The translations under genes and the position numbers were made by a program. DNA of 64,000 bases from Octopus vulgaris (Eukaryota), in NCBI GenBank assembly GCA_951406725.2, contig OX597816.1, positions 131,440,001-131,504,000 of the forward strand, in the 5' to 3' direction. Positions 53,466 through 64,000 of the stretch are shown here, one piece after another; the stretch's first letter is position 1, and each line of letters starts with the position of its first letter. The notes beneath the pieces are model-generated. The model ran no database searches. It saw only the letters and a list, made by a program, of their open reading frames with translations, and was not told where the DNA came from.

Positions 53466-54064
53466 TCTGGTAAGTTCACCGTCATCAATCCACTGCAGAG
53501 AAAGTTCACCGTCTTCAGTTCACCGCAGGAAATGTTCACTGTTATCAATTCACTGCAGGGGAAGTTCACCATCATCAATTAATGATTTTTTTTGCAATAA
53601 AATAGTTTTTAACTATTAATGGCGAGATGATATGGATATCATAAGGGACGTTAGCCATCCGAATGTGGCTAGGGACAGGGCAGGGCGGTGGGGGTGTTAC
53701 TGATGCATTTAGCCCCAGGCGATCATCAACGTCACCAGGAGGGCTGACGCCATCACGGCATCCTCTAGCCTGCAAAGGGAGATCATTCCCCAAAGAAGCG
53801 GATGCCACATACGGACCCAGGTTTCAAGGTGTTTGCCTATTATCAACGTATGGCAGGCACTGCCCCTCGACGAACGACTCTCTGTGCAGGCTATCTATAT
53901 AAAAATTTTCACAGTAAATATATTTACTGATGTAGAAAATCTGTTTGACAGCAATAATAATTCTCTAATATTTTCTTGGTAAACTTACCTTACGGTGAAC
54001 TTTCTTCATGGTGAATTGATGGTGGTGAACTCTCCTGAGATGAATTGATGATGGTGAACTTACC
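53466..54064. mobile_element. Mutator-like non-autonomous element
   Basis: TIR ggtaagttcaccgtcatcaa / ttgatgatggtgaacttacc with ~29-bp subterminal tandem repeats; GC-rich core with WRDDMDIIRDVSHPNV resembling a MULE transposase C-terminal motif. Confidence 0.55.
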
Positions 54065-54802
54065 TGTAATCAAATCTTTAGCATTTAAGCCAGTCATATC
54101 AGGCCCAAATATTCTGTTGTTACCCATGTATGTATGTATGTATGTATGTATGTATGTATGTATGTATGTATGTATGTATGTATGTATGCATGCGTGCATG
54201 TGCACGCATGTGTCTTTGTGTCTTTGTTTATCCCCCATTACTACTTAACAACTGGTAAAAGATAAAAGATAAAAGAAATATTTCAAATATCTAAGAAATT
54301 AACTTAATATATGATTATATCTTCTGTTAATTAAACGTTCTCTGAAGTTGTCAACCTTACTACAACCAGGTATGATTGCTGACAACCCACTGGAAACCAA
54401 TAGATTAGTTTCCTTGATAGTTTCAGAAATTTAATCTACTCAAGCAAGAGAGGAAAGCATCAGATAGATTGCTTTTTTTAGGTTGTCATTGTTGTTGTTG
54501 TTGTCACCATTGTCATCATTGTCAGTGTCATCATCATCAGTGTTTTAATGTCCACTTTTTCCCTTGCTTGCATGGGTCAGATGGAGTTTGCCTGAGGTGG
54601 ATTTTCTATAGCTGGATGCCCTTGTCGTTGTTAATCCTTACCTGTTTCTAAATGGCCATTGTAGCTCAGGCTTCTACTGCTAGAAGCCACTTGTTGTGAC
54701 CCTCAGACATCATTTTACTGACCAGTGACATCGTATGAAGTCATACTGCCATGTGATGCGTCTTTGTTTTGCAGTGCTTCTCCCCTGTCATCCATTTTTG
54801 TG

Positions 54803-55514
54803 ATGACTGAAATAAAGGAACAGCATGCTTCTGTGAAATTCTGTTTTCTACTGGGGAAAACAGTAGCCAAAACGGTTGTCATGTTTCAAACAGCTTACAA
54901 GGACGCTGGCATGAGCAAAACACAAATTTACGAGTGGTTTCCATGCTTTATGAATGGTCAGTTATCAATTGACAACCAGCCTTGTTCAGGATGACCGTCG
55001 ACCTCCCAAACGAATGAAAACATCATGAAAATTCCTGACCTGATCTTGGAGGACCATCACCAAACAATTGATGAACTTGTTGATGTGACTGGTGTGTCCT
55101 GGAGCTCCTGCCAATGAATTTTGAGTGAGGAATTGTGAATGCAAAGAGTTGCAGCAAAATTTATGCCTCTCTTGCTCACGGTAGATCAAAAGCTGTCACA
55201 ACTGAATGTGTGTCACGAACTGAAAGAATGGTTGGAAATTGATCCAGATCTCTTTTCAGAGGTCATCACTGGTGATGAAAGCTGGTGCTACAGAATTTGC
55301 AAATGTGGAAGAGGTGAAGAAAAGGCAATGGAGGCATTAAAAGGCATCACTTTGAAAGAGTTCCAGCACTGCTTTGAATAGTGGAAAATGCACCTGGACC
55401 AAATGCATTGCTTCAAATGGAAAATACTTTGAAAGCAATAAAAGAGTAAATATGTAAAACTAAGTGAATAAAATAATATTGCAAAATTCTGGTTTCTTTT
55501 GGGTACACCACTCC
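54803..55514 (+). pseudogene. Internally deleted mariner transposase
   Basis: EQHASVKFCFLLGKT..YEWF..RVAAKFMP..VITGDESWCY joined to FANVEEVKKK..CIASNGKYFE. Confidence 0.9.
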
Positions 55515-56910
55515 ATACATACATACATACATACATACATACATACATACATACATAAATATGTGACAGGTTTAATTCAATTTCTGTTAACCAAATCCAC
55601 TTACAAGGCTTTTTTTTTTTGTCAAGACAGGACTATAGTAAAAGACACTTGCCAAAGCTGTCACACAGTGGGATTGAACCTGAAGCCATGTGGTTGGGAA
55701 TAAAACTTCTCAACTACACATCCATGCTTGCACTTTCTTTTAGCATTATGTTTTCTGGTTCTCAAGTTGTTAACTGATTTTAGATACAGTAACAGATTTG
55801 ATTTAGTTAAAACAAGCAGAGATAAAATAGAGAATTCTTAAATATCTTCAACTGTAGTCCGTGTGTTGAAGAATATGGAATCTATTTTATCCTTGTCTTT
55901 GAGTAACTATCAAAAAAATAATCCTTGAAATATATTTTATTTTATAAGATAATGACATTTGGCAGTAGAGCATAAAAAGAAATACTCTGGTAAAAATTAT
56001 AATAATCCATACTTTCTCCATGGTTCTTCATTTTAATCTTTTTATTATGTTCTGTATTGTTTTATTTCCTTCTTTCCAGTTTTATGATCATTATTTTTTT
56101 CTAGTTCTTTCCCCACTTAATTTTTTTCTTATATTTTTTATTTTCTTTTATTCTTTCTTTTGCCATGTCTAACATTTTCCATTACCTGCTTTGTAATACC
56201 ATATTTTATCCTTTCCTTTTATTTATTTTTCTCTTTCTCAATCTTTATCTTACTCATTCTCTGTCTCTCTGTCTTTCTATCTGTCTCTGTCTGTCTGTCT
56301 TTCTCTCTCTCTCTCTCTCTCCTCTCCTCCTCTCTCCCTCCTTCTCACAGACACATACAATCTCTGATTATTCTTCCCTGTTACACAATGATTACTAAAA
56401 CGCATTTCAGCTCTTCAACCATCATTTCATTTTTCCACCCTGAATAGATTATCAAAGCAACTTCCTTTAAAAATAATCATTTATTTATACCATCTCTTTT
56501 TCCCTCCTTTTCTCGTTCACTTTCCTTTCTTTATATTTCTTTTCTCGTCATCCATTTCATTTCACCTCATTCCTTTCATCTAATCTTTTGGCTTCTACAT
56601 TACATATGAGATAATCTACAGATATTTTTTCTCTCTTTCTTGATTCTCCGTTTTCTCCGTTGTGTTTCTCACAACTTCTACATATTGGCACCTGCCTGAG
56701 TAACAAATTAGAATACCTTCAACTTATACTACGGTTATTATTAGTACATCAGGTTTAATTTTATTACATATTAATCTGATACACCTGTCGTCATTCTATT
56801 CAATTTCCTCTTTTATTCAGAACCTGTAGAAGATTGTTTTCTTTCTGTTCTGCTTTTTAAGTGCAATTTAATTTTTATTGGGAAGTCTTTTGTCTTTATA
56901 CGTCTATATA

Positions 56911-57311
56911 CTCTTTACTCTTTTACTCTTTTATTTGTTTCAGTCATTTGACTGCGGCCATGCTGGAGCACCGTCTTTAGTCGAGCAAATCGACCCCAGG
57001 ACTTATTCTTTGTAAGCCTAGTACTTATTCTATCGGTCTCTTTTGCCGAACCGCTAAGTTACGGGGACATGAACACACCAGCATCGGTTGTCAAGCGATG
57101 TTGCGGGACAAACACAGACACACAAACACACATATATATACATATACACGACAGGCTTCTTTCAGTTTCCATCTACCAAATCCACTCACAAGGCTTTGGT
57201 CGGCCCGAGGCTATAGTAGAAGACACTTGCCCAAAGTGCCACACAGTGGGACTGAACCCAGAACCATGTGGTTGGTAAGCAAGCTACTTACCACACAGTC
57301 ACTCCTGCGCC
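56911..57311 (-). mobile_element. SINE family A, full young copy
   Basis: CpG-retaining reverse complement of 118-520. Confidence 0.9.
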
Positions 57312-57964
57312 TATATATATTTATATATACAAATACATAGACACACACATACATACATAATACACACATACATGCATACTTGAATATATGTGTACATATG
57401 TATGTATAAATGTATATGTGTGTGAGTGTGTGCATGCATGCACACATGTGCACACAATATGCATAGCAAATACACACACACACACACACACAATTACACA
57501 AACACACACTCGTTCTTTTACAGATGTTTCAGTCATTTAATTTTTGTTTGAAAGTCTTTCACTTACATAATACATACATACATGCATACATGCATACATA
57601 CATACATACATATACATACATACATACATACATACATATATGTGTACATATGTATATATGTATGCGTATGTGCATGCACATACATATGCACAACATACAT
57701 AGAATAGACCCATAACACACACACATGTGCACATACACATGTGCATGCACACACATGTACATACACATACATGCACATGCACACACATGCACACACACAC
57801 ACACACACATACACACACACACTTTCATTTGCTCTTTTACTGGTATTTAATCGGGCTGTAGCAATACTCAAAGAATCACATTCTAAAGTATAGCCTATTA
57901 TATTGACTCCTGTACTTATTTTGCGTTCCATGGAAGCACAAATAGTAAAGAGCACTGAATCTCC

Positions 57965-58222
57965 CATCCACTCATATATGGCACCTTGGGCAAGTGTGTT
58001 CTACCCTACCCCTGGGCTAACCAAAGTCTTTTGAGTGGATTTGGCAGATGTAGACTGAAAGAAACATATGGTATGCGTGATAAGGAGTTCACTTCTCAAC
58101 CACATTGTTGTAGGTTCAGTTCCACTGTGTAGTACCTTGGGTAAGTGTCTACTGCTATAGTCCTGGGTTGACCACACCTGTGAGTGGATTTGGTAGATGG
58201 ACACTGAAAGAATCCTATTGTG

Positions 58223-58225
<3 letters not shown>
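57965..58225 (+). mobile_element. Two SINE family A 5' fragments
   Basis: caccttgggcaagtgt...gagtggatttgg...actgaaagaa, twice. Confidence 0.7.
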
Positions 58226-58285
<60 letters not shown>

Positions 58286-58292
58286 CACATTA

Positions 58293-58547
58293 TAGTGGGG
58301 TAGACCATTTTATGGGGTTACCCTAGGTTTCTCACTCATAAGGGGTTTAGCTTTACAGTGTATCTGCAGACCCCAAACACTGCTGGCCTGAGACCTCTTT
58401 AAAATATGGAGGGAAAAACCTTCATTTTTTAAGGGTAAAATCCTAGGTTATTATCTCCCTTTGCCATTGTCCATCGATCTTTGGCCACACTACCATCTTT
58501 TCCTTATGAGTGAGAAACCCAGGGTAACCCCATAAACCGGCCTGCTA
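58293..58547. mobile_element. MITE
   Basis: tttatggggttaccctaggtttctcactcataagg / ccttatgagtgagaaacccagggtaaccccataaa. Confidence 0.8.
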
Positions 58548-58758
58548 TAATATTAACTGCTCTACATCTTAGAGTTTGCTTCTCTTCTAGATTTATGTAT
58601 TTCTACAAATGATATATATATATATATATATATACATACACGCACCTTTCTGACTGTATTTGTCCCTTGTTACTGCTTGATAACCAGTGTTGGTGCGTTT
58701 ACATTCTATAATGTAACAGTCTGGTAAAAGAAATTGATAGAATAAGTGCCAGACATAA

Positions 58759-58813
<55 letters not shown>

Positions 58814-59122
58814 AATGTATATATATGTGAATGTATGTATGTATTTGTATACATGTATATGTGTTTGTGACTGTGTGTATGTTGTGTACCTTTATGCTGA
58901 CAGTGCAGAATTGCTGTAAATGAACTGCATTCCTTTCCAGCATTCTTCAAAATCTGGCCATGAGGAACTATTACTTTGCTTGGAAATAGGTAAGGATTGA
59001 GGACAGGAAAGGTATCCAGCCATAGAAAATCTGCCTCAGTTACTCCATGGAAGCAACCTATGCAAGCAAGATAAGGTGGGCATTAAAACAATGATAATGA
59101 TGATGATATGTGTGTGTGTGTA

Positions 59123-59623
59123 TTGGGTCATCCCATAAATAATGTGGTTTTTTAATACTTCTAATCCAAGCTTTTCTGCTAGTTCCTCAACAGTTATGAT
59201 GGGATTCCACCAGGGTCTGCAGGATATCCTCATCGAGCTCTACAGATCTTCCAGGACAAGGCATGTCTTCAAGGCTGTAGTTTTTGGTTTGGATTTTTCT
59301 GGGACCACAGTTGAGACTGGCTCACACTTATTGTCTGATTCCCATATACTGCATTAATATTCCTTGTACTTTCTGTTGCGTTGTTGTTTTTATTGAATTC
59401 ATAAAGCAAAATATGCCAAATAGGCTCCTTTGTCACTTTCATTATAGCTTTGAAAAAATAACTATTAAAATCGAACTGCACTTTTCAAAATTTGTACTAA
59501 GAATAAAGACAGTAAAATTACTACCTGCTTTTATAGCAAGTTGATGCAGGTAGTTTATTCTGTCCCCCTCCAACTTTTAGTTCACGCAGTTGAAAGAACT
59601 GCATTACTTATGGGATGACCCAA
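59123..59623 (-). mobile_element. Internally deleted mariner, 5' part of transposase
   Basis: TIR ttgggtcatcccataa / ttatgggatgacccaa with TA TSD; MKVTKEPIWHILLYEFNKNNNATESTRNINAVYG..TVEELAEKLG. Confidence 0.9.
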
Positions 59624-59629
59624 TATATT

Positions 59630-59678
<49 letters not shown>

Positions 59679-59681
<3 letters not shown>

Positions 59682-59793
59682 CATGAAATGATCGTACCAA
59701 ATTACCGAAGTTATTCTTGTTGCTTATTTTGATTATAACCACCCCATGGATTTATATGGATAACACCATACAAAATTCTGGTGCATCTAACTT

Positions 59794-59883
<90 letters not shown>

Positions 59884-60264
59884 CAAAATAAGCAACAAGA
59901 ATAACTTCGGTAACTTGGTACGATCGTTTCACACTACATCATTTTATTAAATGTTGTAAGTATTACAACAGTTTTAAAATATATCTACCTTCTCTATAAT
60001 GCTATCAATTGATATGAAAATTATGTATTAATGGAAAACCTCTATTAATGGCTGATGATTGCTCAACATTTCAAAACTGTTGTAATACTTACAATATTTA
60101 ATAAAATGATGTAGCATGAAATGATCGTACCAAATTACCGAAGTTATTCTTGTTGCTTATTTTGATTACAATCACCCCATGGATTTATATGGATAACACC
60201 ATACAAAATTCTGGTGCATCTAACTTAAGTACCATATTCATTTGAATCTAAATTTTGCTGAACC

Positions 60265-60270
<6 letters not shown>
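59679..60270 (+). mobile_element. PLE-like terminal-repeat array in (TA)n, with direct and inverted partial copies
   Basis: 59679-59798 matches 60113-60231; 59880-59978 is the reverse complement of ~60070-60168. Confidence 0.75.
60049..60132 (+). ncRNA. Type-I hammerhead ribozyme motif, intact core, long stem II
   Basis: tgg-CTGATGA-ttgctcaacattt...aaatgatgtagcat-GAAA-tgatcg-TA-cca; the inverted copy has palindromic ACGATCGT. Confidence 0.7.
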
Positions 60271-60323
<53 letters not shown>

Positions 60324-60899
60324 TCTATTTCTGTACCTATTATATCCATCTATCATTATATATATCATCAAGTAATATATTACTACTTACACAATATAAC
60401 TGGTTAGAACGTTGCCATCAGTTTTGCATTGAATATTATTACTAGACAAGATTGAGGATCTTCAGACATGATAGCCGGAAGCACATAGCCTCTTTTATAC
60501 TGCAGGTATATAGACTCTGAGATTATTCCTAAATAATATTTTTCACTCTTTCATTCCATCTTTTTCTGCCACCATTGTGCCAACATTGAGTCTATGTAAC
60601 TCCTGTGTGCTTGGCAATATTTGGTATAAAAGCAGCAGTAGCATTCTAACCAGCTATGCCATAACCGGCAATGTATTTCTTGATGATATACAAAAAATAT
60701 ATCCATTCTATTACTTATATTGAGTGTTTTTATTTCTAATTTATGGACAACTAACTGATTACATATATTACATAATCAAGTAACTAACTGACCAGGATAT
60801 CAGATGCTGTTAAACATCACTGGTCACAAAGCTGTTTTGCATTGTTTTAGCCTTCAAATGATGCCACCCTGCTAGCTAGGCAAGCAGGCCAACATTTCC

Positions 60900-61745
60900 C
60901 GCTGGATCAATATGGGAACTGGAGCAATGTGAAATGAAGTGTTTTGCTCAAGAACACAATGCATCACCCAGTCAGGGAATTGAACCCCCAATTTAGTGAT
61001 TGTGAGTTTAACAGCCTAACCACTAGGACACATGCCTTCACTATTACACACACACACATGTATATAGGCTGTGTGGTAAGTAGCTTGTTTACCAACAACA
61101 TGGTTCCGGGTTCAGTCCCACTGCGTGGCACCTTGGGCAAGTGTCTTCTACTGTAGCCTCGGGCCGACCAAAGCCTTTTGAGTGGATTTGGTAGATGGAA
61201 ACTGAAAGAAGCCCGTCGTATATATGTATATATATATATATGCGTGTGTGTGTTTGTGTGTCTGTGTTTGTCCCCCCAGCATTGCTTGACAACCGATGCT
61301 GGTGTGTTTATGTCCCCGTTACTTAGCGGTTCGGCAAAAGAGACCGATAGAATAAGTACTGGGCTTACAAAAGAATAAGTTCCGGGGTTGAGTTGCTCGA
61401 TTAAAGGTGGTGCTCCAGCATGGCCGCAGTCAAATGACTGAAACAAGAAACAAGTAAAAGAGAGTATCATTTTACCTCTGTTTTCCATACTGGCTTGAAG
61501 GCGTGTGATCCAGTGGTTAGGATATAGCACCCACGATTTAAGATTATGGTTTCAGTTCCTGAACCAGGTAGTGCATTGTGTTTTTGAATGAAGCACTTCA
61601 TTTCATATTGCTCCCATTCATTCATCTATAAATGAGTAACCCTGTGACTGACTGGCATCCTGTTCTGAGGGAATGTTGTGACCTCACTCACTTATACATC
61701 ATGGAAACTGAGTAACTGACTCTACGAGGCTTAGGACTCGAGACA
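60900..61745. mobile_element. SINE C (-, 60900-61040), SINE A (+, 61067-61465), SINE C (+, 61497-61745)
   Basis: Family motifs as above. Confidence 0.85.
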
Positions 61746-63089
61746 TTTATGTCTAGGGAATGATGATGATGTTTCTATACTACCATGGGTTGGATATGTT
61801 ATCAAAGTCTAAGTTAGTTTTATCAGGATTTTCTACCCTTTTAAATGAGTTGGAAGACCACATCTTACTTGTGCATTGGTTTAGTTTCTATGGCTTGATG
61901 CCCTTTTCCTCACAAACATAAGTAGATATGTAATTTGGGGTAAGAGAACAAATAATTATATAACTTACATTATTTTATTGCTACTTATTTTATGGACTCT
62001 TGGAAGGATGAAAGGCAAAATTGGCCTTCACAAGAATTAAATAGTCAAGGCTGGCTTTCAGACAAGAACTTTGTGGGAGAGTACAGTCAAGTTACTTAAT
62101 CCACAGTATATTACTGATAATATATATTTCATTGATCTCTGAAGAGTGAAAGGTAAAGTTAATCTTAGTTGGATTCTAACACAGAACATGTATGGCTGAA
62201 ACTAAATATTCTGTCTATACACAGCCCTCAGATTACCTAGCATGTAATTTAAATTATTGTTATTTATTTTTTAATCATAATTTTTAAGCTTCTAAGAACA
62301 AGATTAGAACTTCTGAAAACAAACCAAATACAAAGTTGCTACAGTTGTTTTGGGAGAAGAGAAAAAAAAACAAAAATCAGAAAAAAACAAAAAAATAATA
62401 ATCTATCAAAGAAACAAATTTAATTTCTTCCAGTATTTTCTCAGGTTTCTGGTTGTTTCCATTTCTGTACATCTCCTCAATCCTCTTTTTAAACATCACC
62501 AAACAATCTTGGCCAGAGTTCAAGTAGAAAACGGAGATGTGGTTTATTTATTGTTTATTTACATATTTTGCTAAACAAACATGCAGAGTGTGTGCTCTTG
62601 TTCTTGGCTATAAAATGGTGCTGAGGAAGAGGAGGAGGAGGTAAAAGTTGAAAGAGAGAGAGAGAGAGATGAAGAGAGAGAAAAAAAGGGGAACATTGTT
62701 TTGGAAACAACCTCTATGTGTGTCCGTTGCTGAAATATTCTGTTGTACATGGAGAAAATATGTCGTGTCATGAGATATTATATAATTTTAGATACTAGGA
62801 ACATGTAGCATGAGATTAGTAGCAATATTAGTAGCAAAATGGTTATAAAACATGTAGAAAAGCAATACAATGCTTGTTCATAAGATAAGATTCATATTAA
62901 GGTAAAAATGGTTTATTTTAATAACATACTTTTTATGAATATTTGTTTCTTTCCTTTAATTAAAAATTACTGCACAGAAATCCTTGTACTATTTTAATCT
63001 GTGTTTGTTAGAAATAACTGGTAATCTTTATAGAAAAAACCCCCCATTTTTTAAACTTTTCAAATTTGCCTTTTGCTTATTTGTTTCTT

Positions 63090-63440
63090 TCGGGATATAT
63101 CAGTCCACTGTTGGATATACATCCCTATTTATGTCTCTTCTCTTCCTGTCCATCATCATCCTAGTCCAAACCAGTTTTGCACCTTCTGGCATTACCTTCA
63201 TGTATTCTTCAGTGTCATCTCACCATCTCCTTTCAGTCTTCTCCTTCTAAGTCCCTATCATGGAATCCATTCAGTGGTTCTTTTCATCCATCTATTGCCT
63301 TCTGTTCTTGCAAAATGATATGCCTACCTTCATTTGGTTCTTGCTATTTCTTCAAGTATATCTCTAATACCTGTCATGTTTATCTCCCTACATTTCTTTC
63401 AACATAATATTCAGTGTTCTCTTCTGGGTATGACTTCATC
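63090..63440 (-). mobile_element. Old RTE-clade LINE 3' end, different family
   Basis: TGIRDILEEIARTK*R*AYHFARTEGNRWMKRTTEWIP...YIQQWTD. Confidence 0.65.
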
Positions 63441-63756
63441 TTAGTGTCAGGGTCTAGAGTTGGAAAACCCTAGAGAAGAATGGAGTTATCTCTTAAGAAA
63501 ATGCTACTCCTAGGTCTGTTCTACCCTGGAATAATAGCACATGCTAGGGTTGCAGAGTAAATTGCATTACTAAATTGCCTTGGCCCAACATAGGTGCCCA
63601 GATTTCGTGGCATTGATTCAGTGGTATACCATACAGAAGATCGTGTAGCAACTGTCACAAATATTTGATGACAACTGCTGAAAGTTCTACAACAATATCA
63701 TAACCCTTTTACATACATAATCTACCATAAGGTCCAGTTCTTGTTGTAATGTAATG

Positions 63757-63980
63757 GTATATGTGTCTCAATGACCCTGAGAACTATGCCAGTAGAGGTA
63801 GGGTTTCCCATGCTGGACAAGTCAAAGGATAGAGGTCAGACTAATAATGACCATAAGAGGTAAAAATTGGTTTATGCAGGACCAACATCTCTAGCTGAGA
63901 AAAAGCAAAGTTACAGATGCAACGATGACAGTTTAAGCTAACAAGACTTGGAAAAGGTAAAAAACTTTCCCCAGGGAAAC
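63757..63980 (+). mobile_element. Possible RTE-type 5' UTR fragment
   Basis: gtgtctcaatgaccctgagaactatgcc...tcccatgctggacaagtcaaagg...ggtcagacta resembles RTE 5' UTRs, from memory. Confidence 0.3.
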
Positions 63981-64000
63981 ATATGATGCATTTCAGCAAA

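Noticed and set aside
53645-53780. Twister or HDV-like ribozyme in the GC-rich segment
   Set aside because: Conserved nucleotides and pseudoknots could not be fitted by eye
62360-62640. Short minus-strand ORF (MFKKRIEEMYRNG...) and TATA-like tataaaa
   Set aside because: Too short, no splice or homology support; TATA-like words are common in AT-rich DNA

Overview
AT-rich, microsatellite-dense eukaryotic DNA, almost entirely interspersed repeats. The SINE and RTE families resemble those I recall from octopus/coleoid cephalopod genomes (recollection, not a database result). No intact protein-coding gene is visible. Most listed ORFs are translations of (TA)n/(CA)n/(TACA)n/(AAT)n tracts or SINEs. 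Recognisable content: three tRNA-headed SINE families (dozens of copies); decayed RTE, CR1-like and R4-like (RLE) LINE pieces; Penelope-like element (PLE) RT/GIY-YIG remnants; a piggyBac transposase pseudogene; several Tc1/mariner relics (DD34E, DD37D, mariner); a foldback hAT element with an 8-bp TSD; a MULE-like element; Helitrons; and MITEs. The most notable signal is about ten minimal type-I hammerhead ribozyme motifs from several unrelated sequence families. Most sit in or beside inverted repeats embedded in (TA)n, and one near-perfect palindrome encodes a hammerhead on each strand. A weak candidate for two host exons lies on the minus strand at 17.2-18.4 kb. Boundaries were read by eye and are approximate unless a TIR or TSD is quoted.
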